DNA from: an uncultured Acidobacteriota bacterium
GTDB taxonomy: Bacteria; Acidobacteriota; UBA6911
DNA: 64,000 nt
Assembly: GCA_963809485.1 (NCBI GenBank)
Contig: CAWEJX010000001.1
Coordinates: 96,001-160,000 of the forward strand
Reading direction: 5' to 3'
Position 1 is the first letter of the stretch. Every line of letters begins with the position of its first letter. Positions 63,749 through 64,000 of the stretch are shown here, one piece after another. Both the position numbers and the translations under genes were made by a program. The notes under the pieces were generated by a model. It ran no database searches. It saw only the letters and a program-made list of their open reading frames with translations, and was not told where the DNA came from.

Positions 63749-63905
63749 CCTGTATTTGTGAAAGCTTTCCTGGTGCACCGGATCAGGGAGGCATGCTTTC
63801 GACTGAAGGTTGCAGGTTGAAGGCTTGAGACCCGCAACCGGAATGGGCGTGCCCGGATACGAGCCTCAACCAAAAGCCTGGGGAGGTATTTGGATCAAAA
63901 GCGTG

Positions 63906-64000
63906 ATGGACGAATATCCCGGAATCGTCATACTCGGCCCCACTGCATCGGGGAAATCCTGCCTGGGCATTGCCCTTGCCAGCCTGTTCCAGGGAGAGAT
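63906..64000 (+). CDS. miaA: tRNA dimethylallyltransferase, 5' part (truncated by window end)
   Basis: MDEYPGIVILGPTASGKSCLGIALASLFQGE P-loop N-terminus typical of MiaA. Confidence 0.75.
   Translation, partial: MDEYPGIVILGPTASGKSCLGIALASLFQGE

Overview
Bacterial chromosomal window, GC-rich and diderm. Gene content and the ClpC N-terminus suggest Acidobacteriota (inference). Contents in order: (1) an internally deleted isocitrate/isopropylmalate dehydrogenase remnant; (2) a ~25 kb surface-glycan/LPS locus (epimerase, GT4/GT2/GT9 enzymes, O-antigen ligase, Wzm/Wzt exporter, two coiled-coil methyltransferases, two GT-C transferases); (3) tsaD-mtnA; (4) a cobalamin riboswitch with a btuF-C-D-B uptake operon; (5) a TetR-MFP-RND efflux operon in which the RND permease is fused in frame to a TolC-like protein through an internal signal-peptide-like segment, broken by many single-base indels that look like sequencing errors; (6) housekeeping genes (ribH, nusB, lysS, lolC/E-lolD, clpC, bamA, skp, fabZ, lpxA, lpxI, a GnnA-like oxidoreductase, TonB-like, SpoIID-like, 5' end of miaA). 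The most unusual non-coding signal is six co-oriented, transposase-less elements of two families with IS200/IS605-type hairpin ends. They nest inside each other and carry palindromic inner cassettes that are present, deleted or inverted in different copies. No CRISPR array, tRNA or rRNA was seen. Family assignments are from motif recognition only; no database searches were run.
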